Source of the DNA: Octopus vulgaris
Taxonomy: Eukaryota
Direction: 5' to 3'
NCBI GenBank assembly: GCA_951406725.2
Contig: OX597829.1
Location: 22,630,001-22,694,000, forward strand
DNA: 64,000 nt
Below, in pieces: positions 40,439 to 54,154 of this stretch. Below the pieces are notes generated by a model. The model did no database searches. It worked only from the letters and a program-made list of their open reading frames with translations, and was not told the origin of the DNA. Each line of letters starts with the position of its first letter. The stretch's first letter is position 1. Both the position numbers and the translations under genes were made by a program.

Positions 40439-41065
40439 ATGTGTTTCTTTTACATATTTAAGACGACAGAATGCAATTAGAAGATGTGATTGTTATGTCT
40501 AGCATATCAAATCACTATGATGCGGCTCCTTCATTAGTTCGTAGTAATGAAGTCTTGATGTGGTTGTTGTTGTTGTTGTTGTTACTGGCGTTGCAACCAA
40601 TGTCACATGACTACAGTTCAACGTGGAACACTGCTGTGCTCCATATTGATTTTACTCTCAGCATAAACTATTTCTCCGCCAACAGTAACAAATTCTTTAG
40701 ACGAAACTCTACAGGAGACTCCAGTTCTATTCCCTGTTGGTGCTACTTGCCTCCGAACTCCCACTCTTTATACTGCAGCTATGACGTCGGTCGACAAGAC
40801 GATCGGAAAACGTCGGTGTATTCAAAATGGCTACCGATTTTAAACGCGACTAACCATCCGAATAACTAATGGAGGTATTCAAAACTATTGACAAAATTGG
40901 GTCAATAAGCACTAAGATCTCCCACATTTGATTGGCGAATATTAAGAGAAATGTTATTCTACCTCACGGGGTCTTGAGATAATATTGTGTCTCGGTACAA
41001 TGTTCGTTACATACATACATACGCACATATATGCATGCATACATACATAATAATGATGATGATGA

Positions 41066-41133
<68 letters not shown>

Positions 41134-41136
41134 ATA

Positions 41137-42361
41137 GGGACTGCCTGTCCCCACTGATCTTTGAGCTGTGCTTGATACCACTAACACTGATTCTGAGGAA
41201 AGCAAAAGCTAGGCATGTATTCAAAAGCCGCCAACAAAAAAATCAACAATTGTTATTCATGGATGATCTCAAACTTTATGGTAAAGATGAAGCCCAAGTC
41301 AGTTCCCTCGTTGATACGGTGTATACTTTCAGCGCGGATATCAGAATTGAGTTCGGATGAGAAACTGGTGTGTTAGTCTTGAAGAGAGGCAAAATCAAAT
41401 GTATGAACGGGCAAACGATACCGTCGTGGGAGGTTATGAAGCAGATAGAAGAGACGGGCTAAAGTACTTGGAGATTTTGGAAATGAATAAATTGATGGAG
41501 AAAGAAATGACAGAAAAATTTTAGGTGGAGTACTTGCGCAGACTGAGACTGATCCTTAATTCGAAATTAAACGGACGGAATAAGATTGAAGCTATCAATA
41601 CCTGGGGCGGTTTCACTTCTTAGATATGGAGCAGGGGTAATCGCATGGACAGTGGACGAACTAAACAGACTAGACAGAAAGACAAGGAAGTTGCTTATTA
41701 CATATGGGACACTCCAAGCAAAAAGTGACACAGACAGACTGTATGTACCAAGAAAAAGAGAGGGAGGGGGACTCATTGGATGCGAACACAGCATTAGAGC
41801 AGAAGGAAACAATATAGCATGGTATGTAAAAATGCCACAAAACTGCTATTATTAGAAGTAAGAATGTCAGGCTTGTGTAGGATGAAAGATTGCAAAGATA
41901 AAGCACTATACAAGCAACTGAAAAAAAAAATGAAACTGAAAATAGGTGGGTAAAGAAATTAATGCATGGACAATTTCATAGGGAAGTTGAAGATAAGACA
42001 GTCAGAAAAAAGGTGGCTGTGGATGACTAAAAGTGATTTAAAATCGGAAACGGAGGCTCTAATCTGTGCTGCCCAAGAGCAAGCACTAAGAACAAACTAC
42101 ATAAAATACAGAATAGACAACACAGCAGAAAGTGATAAGTGCAGAATCTGTAGACAAAATGGTGAAACCGTATGGCATATTACCAGCCAACGTACAGCAC
42201 TAGCCCAGAAGGAATAGAAGAGACGCCACGACAATATAGCCAGGCTTGACAGAGCAAAAAATTGGTACGACCCGATGGCATCATCGAAAATGATAATTCA
42301 AAGATCCTGTGGGATTTTATGATTCAATGTCATCATGAGATTCAGAAAAGGAAGCCAGACA
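41137..42361 (+). pseudogene. R4/Dong-clade LINE RT/CCHC fragment
   Basis: DCLSPLIF, LLFMDDLKLY, DRLYVPRKREGGGL, ETEALICAAQEQAL, CRIC..ETVWHI, RRHD, ILWDF and KPD, with many stops and frameshifts. A second related scrap lies at about 42560-42680 (LKIQTERFLIVIQDQSL). Confidence 0.9.
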
Positions 42362-42981
42362 TGGTTCTCTCACGTCCGAGTAACGACTGGTTATAAATAC
42401 TGCCAATAAATTAGAATCTACCTTAGAATTTATACATGGATGAAGTTAAAATACCTAGGAGTATTATTCAGTCGAAGGATGGCAGAATTCTTTGCTAAAA
42501 TGATGGCAAAAGTCCAAACTTGAACAATGTCCGATAAATGAAACCTGATGGAAATAGACAAACTAAGAAGTTTGGAGCTCAAAATACAAACTGAAAGGTT
42601 TTTGATTGTGATACAAGACCAAAGTCTTCACATCAGAAACTATTGAAAGCATTTGATGAAGCAGAATGCATTAAGAAACCGCATAATATATGGTGAGAGA
42701 AAGAAACGATGATAACACTGTCTAAAATGTTTGTCTTTGGGTATCAACTGTTTATTTTTTTATTTGCTTACCCCGAACAAATATGAAAAAATGGTTAATA
42801 TTTCCTTCAAACTTTGCTTTTGTTACAATATTCATTCAAACTCCAAAGAATCTCTCTTCTGGTTATGATCAGAGATGCACATATCGTCAGCCACTGTCTA
42901 AAAAAAATATGTCTTCTATTATAGCCTTGGGCTGACCAAAGCCTTGTGAGCAGATTTAGTAGAAAATTAAACAAGCCTGTC

Positions 42982-43045
<64 letters not shown>

Positions 43046-43329
43046 CTGTGTGTGTGTGTGTGTGTCATTTTTTCCTGTTTTGGTTCTATCTAGAAGTTAA
43101 AGGAAATGACTATTATTTCCTTCAAACTTTGTTTTTGTCATTTGGACATCAATGTTATGAAACTCACCTATTTTCCATTACATTTCAGATTGATTCAGTG
43201 CCGAGTTGCTGAGCAAATATTCTGCTCAGTACCACATATATGCATGTCAGCTGCTTGACCTCAACTACTTGAGCATATCCCTTAGTGGCATATATATGCA
43301 TATATATATATATATGCACGCATCCATTT

Positions 43330-44101
43330 CTAAGTATGTTGGTTCTTAATATTAATAATGATGCACACTCTTAACCTTTCTGTTCCCCCTCCCTTTCTCA
43401 GCCTTCATTCTTTCTGGTTTCCTTTTCTTCTACCTTGCTGTCTCTCCCGCTCTCTCTCTCATTTTTCATTCTTTCTGGTTTTCTCTACAACCATTCCCTC
43501 CCCCCTCTCTTACTCCTCCTCTGTCCCGTCGTTGACCAGCGACGAGAAAACTACTGTCTTTCTGACCTCGCTTCCATCGAGTATAGACGGCTTTTCTGTG
43601 TCTCTCTCTCTGCCGTTCTCAACAAGCGTTCGTAATATTTTCTCTCGTTTGGCTTCACAGCCCTCATTGTTTGTGTTACTGTTATTCTCCTTGCCCTGTC
43701 TTTTACTGTTTATAATTTGTACTGTCTTTACTGTCCTGTTTTTTTTACCATTTTTTACCGCTCCGCAAAAAAATCTCAAATTTTATTTATTTTGCTTTTT
43801 GCGGGAAGGAATGTTTCACCGAAGTCGTGTCTCGCCTTGACCTTCGAAACGCGGAGTAGATGAAACAGAGGCGACTGAAGAAGGGGAATTTTCCTTGTGT
43901 TATTTGTCCTGTACTCTATTTTTTTGTTGTTTAAGAAAAATGTCCATTTCCTTGGTTTTGTGTTTATGTTTTTATTTCTCATTGTGTTCGACGTTTTTTT
44001 TTTTGGTGCCCTGTACTCATATATGCATGTATATATACATGTAGAGGTAGGTACGTACATATATGTATGTATATATGCATATGTTTTATTTATTAATTTG
44101 T

Positions 44102-44105
<4 letters not shown>
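43330..44105 (+). mobile_element. Longer copy of the 11583 element family
   Basis: 3' part cgaaacgcggagta...ctgaagaaggggaattttccttgtg...gtaggtacgtacatatatgtatg matches 11846-12082. Confidence 0.6.
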
Positions 44106-44156
<51 letters not shown>

Positions 44157-44253
44157 CATATACATACATATACACATATATGTGTAAGTATGTACTTATA
44201 TGTATATATATATATAATATGAATCATGATTCAACGCATCCCTTTCCAAGTAA

Positions 44254-44302
<49 letters not shown>

Positions 44303-45278
44303 CACACAGGTATGTGTGCATATATGTATGGATGTGTGTCTGTGTTTGTGTGTGTGTGTGTAGTGAGAGTGGGATAGGTTGAAACGGCGCTGGGACTGTT
44401 GACGCCACTCGTTTGCCCTAACTTCTACATATTTTGAAAAAAAAACCCATTTTTCTTTTTCTTCTTAAATTATACGATCTTCCACCCACCCATCCACCCC
44501 GTCCCCGTCCCTATTTGCAATAGCAAAAGCGAAACCCTGGAGTGGAAGGAATAAGTCGAATATTCCAAGAATGTGTACAAGTGAACCCAAAGTTCCTATC
44601 TTCGATGAATCAGCGACAGTCTCTACTGATGAGAGAGAAAAAAAAAAAATATATATCTATGATGAGGTGAGGAAAGTGTTGGGGTATTGGGTTGGGGGGA
44701 TGGACAGACGGTTTTTTTTAAAGGTTTATTTAAAGATGGTGGCGTGGCGGTTCTAGTGGTGGATGGTGAGTGGTAGTGAGGCGGTGGATCGGTTGGCTAC
44801 GAAGACGGGAATAAAATAACAAGAGAAACTAGAAATGGGGAGGTTGTAATTTGGTGGTGGTGGTGGTGGTGGTGGTGTAACGGACTAATAATTAAATACA
44901 TTCCAGCCGTGACCATCCTTTCTTCTTTCTTTTTCTGTGTCAAAGCTAGGCAAGCTGTCCTATCTTTTTTTGAAGTGACATTTTGGACGACACACACACA
45001 TACATACAGACTCATTTATATACACATATGCACACATAGACACACACATAGACACACACAGACACACATACATTCACACACATATATGTACATATACACG
45101 CAAACATATTTACACACCTACATGTGCACACACGCACATACGCATTTACACGCAGATATGCAGACACAAAAGCACACACATTTACGTACACATATGCAGA
45201 CACACAAACATATTTACAGACCGATGCGCGCACACACACACAGGTATACACATAAGCGCGCGCAAGCACACACACACA

Positions 45279-45360
<82 letters not shown>

Positions 45361-46517
45361 CACCTCTGAAACCGTAACGAGGTTTATTTATCAGGGAAAA
45401 AATGCAAGAAAACCCTAATCCTAACTTGCCAAAATAAGGGTTCATTGAACCTAGGAATTTATTTTTCCTTTTGATTCTTTTTCTCTTTCTTTTTCACGAA
45501 GTTGTTATTTAGCCCCGGAACGAGGAGACGAACTGGCAACAGAATCGTTAGATCGTGGGCCAAAATGTTTTGTTGTATTTGTTTCAACTCTTTATATCAG
45601 TGGTTCTTAGCCCTTTTAATATTCCGGGGCCAGATCCCAAACTTGGGATTTTGATAGGGGGCCACCCGCTAACCAAAGTAACAAGCATGTCAATTAAGGA
45701 AGAATTTGTAATATAATTATAGAGAGAAGACCGTCGGGGGCCGCAGGAAGGATAGTTGAGAGCCGCAGTTAAGAATCGCTCCTTTAGATTCTGATTTCAA
45801 TTCCCGCCTATGTCAACTTTACCTTTCATTCCTCCCAGATCGATAGAATAAAAAAATGTACCCGTGAAGTACTAAGATCGACAGCATTGATCAATTCTTC
45901 TCCCCCATCCCCACACGCTTCTTAAATTTCAGGCATTGCGCCTATATTAGAAACAATTTAAACCCAGATCTGCCTTGATCAGGTAGAGGTAAATCTATGA
46001 TCAAAGGCAATCCGAGTCGTGACCATCCTGTCTTTTTGTGCATCGGAATTTACATTGTCTAGTGCATCCCTGGGTCTATATTTTTCTTAGTACTTTTTAA
46101 AATAGGGCATTATTTGATGGTGATTCGACTGGTGTTTTTAGCAGATTGAACGACCATATAATGGCTCCTCCATTGTTTTTTTTTATGAGTCCTGGGGCCT
46201 AAGTAGAAAGAGCAGGTAACACTCGATTATATTACTTAAAGCCTCGTTTCGTTCCCCAACAGTAAACTAGTGCTCTTAGCTTAGTATTTCCTTCGGGCTG
46301 GCCAGTTTGGAGCAATCTCGAGTATAACCAGCCGAAATTGCAAAGATAATCTGAAACTCGACTGAGGAAAGAAAACTCCGAATGACCTGTCCTTGTCTTC
46401 TTTGTATCGTCTGTCTGGATGTTTTGTTGCCCTTTTTTGTATCACCTAAACTGTCTGGATGTTTTGCGTTCTTGTCCCATTTTTGTGTTATATATATATA
46501 TATATATATATGTATAT

Positions 46518-46909
46518 AGGCGCAGGAGTGGCTGTGTTGTAAGTAGCTTGCTAACAAACCACATGGTTCTGGGTTCAGTCCCACTGCGTGGCATCTTGGG
46601 CAAGTATCTTCTGCTACAGCCTCGGGCCGACCAGAGCCTTGTGAGTGGATTTGGTAGACGGAAACTGAAAGAAGCCTGTCGTATATATATGTATGTGTGT
46701 GTGTCTGTGCTCGTCCCCCTAGCATTGCTTGACAACCGATGCTGGTGTATTTATGTCCCCGTTACTTAGCGGTTCGGCAAAAGAGACCGATAGAATAAGT
46801 ACTGGGCTTACAAAAAGAATAAGTCCCGGGGTCGTGTTGCCCGATTAAAGGCAGTGCTCCAGCATGGCCGCAGTCAAATGACTGAAACAAGTAAAAGAGA
46901 GAGTAAAGA

Positions 46910-46910
<1 letters not shown>
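46518..46910 (+). mobile_element. SINE family A
   Basis: Full-length match. Confidence 0.88.
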
Positions 46911-46981
<71 letters not shown>

Positions 46982-47028
46982 AACAAGTCAAAATAGAAAA
47001 TGCTAAAATAATTTTATAAAGAACATTT

Positions 47029-47066
47029 CAGTACCGGTTTCGGTCATTTTGAGACCTTTTCAACTG
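47029..47066 (-). ncRNA. Hammerhead ribozyme, U3-A8 core variant
   Basis: Minus strand: cag-TTGAAAA-ggtc tcaaaat gacc-GAA-ACCGGT-A-ctg. Confidence 0.65.
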
Positions 47067-47933
47067 TAACGATTAAATAATTAAATTTAGAAAAATTAGA
47101 AGAAAAGTTTTTTTAAAGGAATATTTATATAGTTATCAAATTTTAGTGGCATTCTGCCTTTCTCTGACTCCCTTGTTTGCACTTGTGTGTTCAAGGTCGT
47201 TGTGAATTCTTGGTAGGGTAGAAGGAGAAGAGGGATGATGAGGAGAAGGGGTAGAGAAATTTGGGAGTGCCTTGATTGTCGTATTTTGAATGGTCAGTTG
47301 CAGTTCAATTCAGGAGAATATTTCTATTGAAAGGTTGGTTTATGGAATTTGCGTAGGCGTTATACTAGAGAGCATTAGTGATAAAGTTAAGAGGTAGAAG
47401 GTGGAGAGGAAGAAGAAGAAGAAGAAGAAGAAGAAGAAGAAGAAGAAGAAGAAGAAGAAGAAGAAGAAGAAGGAGAAGAAGAAGAAGAAGAAGATGACGA
47501 TGTTGATGATGATGATGATGATGATGAAGAAGAAGAAGGAGAAGGAGAAGAAGAAGATGATGATGATGATGGTGATGATGATGACGACGATGATGATGAT
47601 AATGATGATGATGAAGAAGAAGAGGAAGAAGAAGAAGAAAACAGAGAAGGGAGAATATGAATGGGTGAAAGTAGTGAGGTGTTGTATGACTTGAAGTTGG
47701 CATGTTATGGATTATAGCTGTGATTGGGGCTGATTAGTAATAGATTCTTTGGAATGTAATATTTGTGTGTATATTTCTTTTATTCTAAAGTCGAGGTATA
47801 TTAATCGTTTGTCGTAGACCCGTTAAGAAGTGGCCTGTATTTTGTAATAAAGAGAGTTTCTTTACTTATTCGTTGTCTCGGGGTTGTATCGTCCCTAAAT
47901 TGGTAGAGGGGAAAAATCCTGAAGCCTAGTGTT

Positions 47934-47977
<44 letters not shown>

Positions 47978-48371
47978 CTTCTTCTTCTTCTTCTTCTTCT
48001 TCTTCTTCTTCTCCTTCTTCTTCTTCTTCCTCTCCACCTTCTACCTCTTAACTTTATCACTAATGCTCTCTAGTATAACGCCTACGCAAATTCCATAAAC
48101 CAACCTTTCAATAGAAATATTCTCCTGAATTGAACTGCAACTGACCATTCAAAATACGACAATCAAGGCACTCCCAAATTTCTCCACCCCTTCTCCTCAT
48201 CATCCCTCTTCTCCTTCTACCCTACCAAGAATTCACAACGACCTTGAGCACACAAGTGCAAACAAGGGAGTCAGAGAAAGGCAGAATGCCACTAAAATTT
48301 GAAAACTATACAAATATTCCTTTAAAAAAACTTTTCTTCTAATTTTTCTAAATTTAATTATTTAATCGTTA

Positions 48372-48409
48372 CAGTTGAAAAGGTCTCAAAATGACCGAAA
48401 CCGGTACTG
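48372..48409 (+). ncRNA. Hammerhead ribozyme, U3-A8 core variant (inverted copy)
   Basis: cag-TTGAAAA-ggtc tcaaaat gacc-GAA-ACCGGT-A-ctg. Confidence 0.65.
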
Positions 48410-48495
48410 AAATGTTCTTTATAAAATTATTTTAGCATTTTCTATTTTGACTTGTTTTTTCATATATATCAACTCGTGTGTTCCTTTTCACCCTT

Positions 48496-48548
<53 letters not shown>

Positions 48549-48553
48549 GATAA

Positions 48554-48643
<90 letters not shown>

Positions 48644-49314
48644 TTTTCTTTGAGGTATGTTACAAACAGACGAACAGGACGCTGAACTGGGAGAGTCGAC
48701 AGAGGGTCGTATAGAATGTCACGTGGCATTTCTTGTGGCTCTCTGTACTCTGTCTACATATCCCGATCAGATGATTCGATCTCTTCGCAATCGATAAATC
48801 AACTAACAGACAAGCACCGAAGGTGATTCCCCCCTCTCTCCCTCCGTCTCTATCTTTCTATCTGTCTGTCAGTCTATCGATTTGACGATCTATATGTCTA
48901 TCTGTCTGTCTGTCTATCAATCTATCTATTTATCTGTCTATCCATCTGTCTGTCTGTATGATTATTTCTCTCTCCCTCTCTCTCTCTTTATCTTTCTGTA
49001 TGTGTGTATATATATATATATGAATAAATCTGTGTGAGTGTATGTGCGAGTGTGTGTGTGTCTGTGTATTTTAGTTGAGGTTATTATTGTAAAGTTAAAT
49101 AACAACTGAAAGACTTACTGATGAGAAATTTAACACCGAATGTAGAGTTAAATTCGAGGTGAATTGGTGTTGGAACTCTTGAGTTTCCCCTAACGGCTCA
49201 TTCATCCGCTTCGGTTGAATAAACCGTTACGCTAAACTTAAAGTACCAGTCAACAGGAGTTTACTTTTTATCCAAACATCCATTCCTGCACCCATCCACC
49301 CATCCATAATATAT

Positions 49315-49425
49315 GCATGCATACGTACATTCACATACATGCATACATACATGCATACATACATACATGCATGCATACATACATACATGCATACATACAT
49401 GCATGCATGCATACACACACATACA

Positions 49426-49457
<32 letters not shown>

Positions 49458-49783
49458 CACATGCATACGTACAGACACATACATACATACACATACATAC
49501 ATACACACATGCATACACGCATTCATTCATGCATACACGCATACATACATACCTACATACATGCATACATACATACATACACACACATGCATACATACAT
49601 ACATACATACATACCTACATACATGCATACATACATACATACACACACATGCATACATACATACATACATACCTACATACATGCATACATACATACATAC
49701 ACATATACATACATACATACACACACACACATACATACATACATACACACATTCATACATGCATACATACATACATACATACA

Positions 49784-49814
<31 letters not shown>

Positions 49815-49858
49815 CATACATACATACATACATACATACATTCATACATACATACATA
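49315..49858. repeat. (CATA)n compound microsatellite
   Basis: Direct reading. Confidence 0.95.
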
Positions 49859-49869
49859 CTTTTTGAGGG

Positions 49870-50006
49870 TGTGTTGTAAGAAGGTTACTTCTCAACCACA
49901 TGGTTCTGGGTTCAGTCCCACTATGGGTAAGTGCCTTCTGCTATAGCGTCGGACCGACCAAAGCCTTGTAAGTAGATTTGGTAGACGGTAACTGAAAGAA
50001 GCCCGT

Positions 50007-50052
<46 letters not shown>

Positions 50053-50345
50053 TACATACATACATACATACATACATACATACATACATACATACATACA
50101 TACATACATACATACATACATACATACATGTGTGTGTCTTTGCGTTTGTGTTTGTACCTCCACCATCGCTTGACAACCGATGTTGGTGTGTTTGCGTACC
50201 CGAATTATAGCGGTTCAGTAAAAGTGAACGATGGAATAAGTAGTAAGCTTACAAAGAATAAGTCCTGGGGTCGGTTTCCTCAACTAAAGGCGGTGCTCCA
50301 GCATCGCCGCAGTCAAATGACTGACACAAATAAAAGAATAACAGA
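49870..50345 (+). mobile_element. SINE family A, diverged
   Basis: Match to family A. Confidence 0.8.
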
Positions 50346-50505
50346 GTAAGTACTTTGTCCGACGCGTTAACGATTCTGCTTGCGTGCCGCCGAAAAAGCA
50401 TACATAATTATGATGCCAGGAATATCTATTTACCAAACATTTATTCCTTTCCGCTTTGTAAATTATTAGTAGCTAGATAATAACTGTGCCATGATCTATA
50501 TAATA

Positions 50506-50656
50506 CTAGCGACATAACCCAGCTTTGCCCGGGATTAGGTTAGGATTATTAAGCCAATCAAGTTCTTTATTTCAAATCAAACTAAGTATCATCGACGTCA
50601 AATTTGGGCAAAATCCGTTAAAATTGGTTTATATATATATATATATATGCGCAACA

Positions 50657-50701
<45 letters not shown>

Positions 50702-51085
50702 ACACACACACATACGTACGTACACCTATTGCATACATGTTCGTGTGTGTGTTGCCCATATATCAACAAAACACTTTTTTCCTCGATGGAAAAAAAACAA
50801 CAACAAAAGTCTTAAACACTTACTCGTCGCTAGAAGGGAATTTAGCTCCTGTTTGCAAACAATGGTGATTTCTCCGGCTTGAAAATTGTTAAAAGTTTTG
50901 GTTAAAAATTTATTTTTACTGCTATTCGCTGGTGCTTCTGGTAAAAATAATTTGACGAAAGTACAGCTAGGATCATGACGAATGTCCTCCTAAAATAGGA
51001 GCGACATGCGTGCTAATCTGTGGACGTGCATAAATTACATTCACGTACATACAGACACACACATCCTGCCTTTTATATTTACAGA
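50506..51085 (-). mobile_element. Non-autonomous Helitron-like element
   Basis: Minus-strand 5' A|TCTGTAAATATAAAAGGCAG, imperfect hairpin and 3' CTAG|T. An inverted internal copy lies at 52900-53127. Confidence 0.7.
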
Positions 51086-51189
51086 TTATACGATATTATA
51101 AACAACAACATTTGCAGCGTGGAAGATGTTTATAAGCCATTTAAAAACACACTAAAACCGTTAGATTAACTTGAACATTTAAATTTAAT

Positions 51190-51238
51190 TTGTCGAAATA
51201 TTTTCGTCGATTTGAAACCGAGACCTGTTCACTGACAA
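51190..51238 (-). ncRNA. Hammerhead-like motif, G3-C8 core variant (left arm)
   Basis: Minus strand: ttgtca-GTGAACA-g-gtc...gac-GAA-AATATT-T-cgacaa. Confidence 0.55.
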
Positions 51239-51260
51239 AATTCCGTGCTGCATCAAAATT

Positions 51261-51309
51261 TTGCCAGTGAACAGGTCGCGGTTTGAAAGCAACGAAAATA
51301 TTTTGACAA
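51261..51309 (+). ncRNA. Hammerhead-like motif, G3-C8 core variant (right arm)
   Basis: ttgcca-GTGAACA-g-gtcgc ggtttgaaa gcaac-GAA-AATATT-T-tgacaa. Confidence 0.55.
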
Positions 51310-52202
51310 ATTAAATTTAAATGCCGAAGTGAATCTAATGGTTTTTGTGAGTTTTTAAATGGCTTATAAACACCTTCCACGCTGCAATTGTTTTTGTGTC
51401 AGCACTCGATCTCAGATCAGGTCACTTGCTATGCAAGTACATTTCCGTAATACAATATTATAGTTATATGTAATTTATATTTATAATTATTCCAGTGATC
51501 TGTCTTTTGTTTATTGACTTGTGATGGTAATCGTTGCTAATTGTTTTTTGAATAAATATATTTTTGACAAAATGGATCCCTGTCATTTTTTATTTCCAAT
51601 ATTAATGGATCCTTGGATGGCTAGCTGGCATAACCGTGAACACGCCGGGCAGAATGCTTAGAGGCATTTACCCATCTTTACGTTCTGATTGCAAATTCCG
51701 CCAAGATCGACTTTGCTTTCCATCTGCTTCGGGGTCGATAAAATGAATACCAGTTGAACATTGTAATCGACTTACACCACTCCTTGAAATTACTGGCCTT
51801 GTGCCAAAATTTGAAACCGACAATGACACATAAAGCGCGACGTGCCACGATCGTGGCCGTCAGGCACATGTCAACAGGCCATGATCGTGGCCTAGATAGA
51901 TGCATTTAATTTATGATCGTATGTTGGGATCTAATGTCACTCAAATGCTCCGATACCCTGCTTCCGCCGAATACAAGAGAACTAATTGTTCAACTAATGA
52001 CTTTCCAGATGATGTAAAACTTGCCACCATTTTATACTAAGAAGATATTTTAACTATTTTTTTGGTTTTTATGTGTGCATGGTAGTCTCATTTTCATAAA
52101 ATGTGCTCAGCACTCCATGCTATGTAAGTGAAAATCCCAGCGCTTCGTTGGTTAACTGATTATTCGTTTGGTCGCCATTTGCTTAAAACAAACATGGTTA
52201 CT

Positions 52203-52595
52203 GGGGTGGGGGGGAGCACTCCGTCGGTTACGACGATGAGGGTTCCGGTTGATCCGACCAACGGAACAGCCTGCTCGTGAAATTAACGTGTAAGTGGCTG
52301 AGCACTCCACAGACACGTGTGCCCTTAACGTAGTTCTCGGGGATATTCAGCGTGACACAGAGAGTGACAAGGCCGGCCCTTTGAAATACAGGTACAACAG
52401 AAACAGAAAGAAAGAGTGAGAGAAAGATTTGGTGAAAGAGTACAGCAGGGATCACCACCATCCCTGCCGGAGCCTCGTGGAGCTTTAGGTGTTTTCGCTC
52501 AATAAACACTCACAACGCCCGGTCTGGGAATCGAAACCGCGATCCTTCGACCGCGAGTCCGCTGCCCTAACCACTGGGCCATTGCGCCTCCACTT
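52203..52595 (-). mobile_element. tRNA-Arg-derived SINE (family C)
   Basis: Reverse complement of 33061-33449, with an 11-bp TSD acatggttact (52192-52202 / 52596-52606). Confidence 0.88.
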
Positions 52596-53069
52596 ACATG
52601 GTTACTACCGAAAGGAGAACACCAACAGCAATTAAAATAACTCTATTATCTAATACCGCTTATCTAATACGTGATCCTATGTCGTACGTAAAACTTTGGT
52701 TCCAAATTGGTAGTGCACTCATAATTGTACACAGCATTGCATTCTCAGACCTAAAGCAAAAAGAATGTTAAATAACGATTGCAAAAACACCTGAGGTTTG
52801 CTTCTACAAACGTTCGCGTTAGACTGATGACGTCACCTTAATCAAATGCTAAGTCAAAGTAACACAGCTGATTGAAATTCTGACCGATGTGAGTTTTTAA
52901 ATCACCATTGTTTGCAAACAGGAGCTAAATTCCCTTCTAGCGACGAGTAAGTTTTTAAGACTTTTGTTGTTGTTTTTTTTTCATCGAGGAAAAAAGTGTT
53001 TTGTTGATATATGGGCAACACACACACGAACATGTATGCAATAGGTGTACGTACGTATGTGTGTGTGTT

Positions 53070-53110
<41 letters not shown>

Positions 53111-54154
53111 CCAATTTTAACGGATTTACCTCTCCTCTCAAAATTTATGGCTTTGTGTCATAAATTTTCAGAAATAACGAATTGGAATTTATTATTTCTA
53201 AGAATTAACGCGCTTCTTGTTCCCGCCCCAAAGTTCTACATCAGGAACAATGTCATTCACAGAATGCCAAATTTGCCTCGCTTAAGATTAACAGAAAGCG
53301 GTCGCACTCCAATAACAAAGCAAAATAAGTAAGGCGTTAGAATTCTCTCGGTTTAGTGATCTTCCAATTTTCAGGTGTTGATCGGAATGGTAAACGCAGA
53401 AACCGAACGCCATGTACGCACGTCATTGATATATTTCTTTTTTCAGTAAAGAACTTTGCATTTCATTGAAAAAGATATCTGGAAAAAAAAAAAAGAAAAA
53501 GAAAAATTCAAAGGTAAGCGAAGCGCGTGACATTATAACAGCTTTAAGTGATGTTTATGCCAAATCTTGTAATAAAATATAAATAAATCAAATAATTCTT
53601 TAAGTAGACTTCTAAATTTGGAAAACATTTCATGTGACTTTCCATTATCAGACAGTAAAATTGGTTCACGGAATCTTGTTATTTATTAACTAAGAGCAGG
53701 AAGATTGATTGCTTTTCAAATGTTCCCAGAGTTACAAAAGTTCTTCATTCTAGATTTTTATTCCACATCTGGATTTGTGACTTGATAAATACATTTCTTT
53801 TCAATGTCTTTCGAGGAGAACAACTTCAAAATATTTTGATCAGTTTTGTTTTTTTTGGTTCATGAATTTTTTCCAAAACGAAGAACTTATTATCTATAGT
53901 GACTAGATATGCTTTGGGTTAGAATTTTTGAAAGTTGCTTTGTGTTTAGATAGAGTTCTAATTAATGGTAGAACCGCACAGGTTATCATTCTTATGATTT
54001 AGTTTCCAAATTCCTTATGGTTACTGCAACAATGAATATGATCTTTGGGTTTCTAGTCAATGTCTTCAAAGGAAGATGCATTTTAAGTTGATGAACACGT
54101 ATTCATAGGATGTAGTTGAGTGCAAAATAAAAATTGTTATTTGAAACTTCTCAC

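Larger units (their letters stand above)
46975..48467 (-). mobile_element. Penelope-like element 3' fragment with inverted pseudo-LTR
   Basis: Arms 46975-47465 and 47977-48467 are near-perfect reverse complements. Between them the minus strand encodes FRIFPLYQFRDDTTPRQRISKETLFITKYRPLLN (stop at 47801), typical of the PLE GIY-YIG C-terminus (R..KE..FI.KY.P.LN). Confidence 0.78.

Noticed and set aside
49168-49210. Minus-strand gg-ATGAATGA-gcc gtta ggg-GAAACTC aa GAGT-T-cc
   Set aside because: Stem III fits, but the core and stems I/II are too damaged to call a hammerhead.
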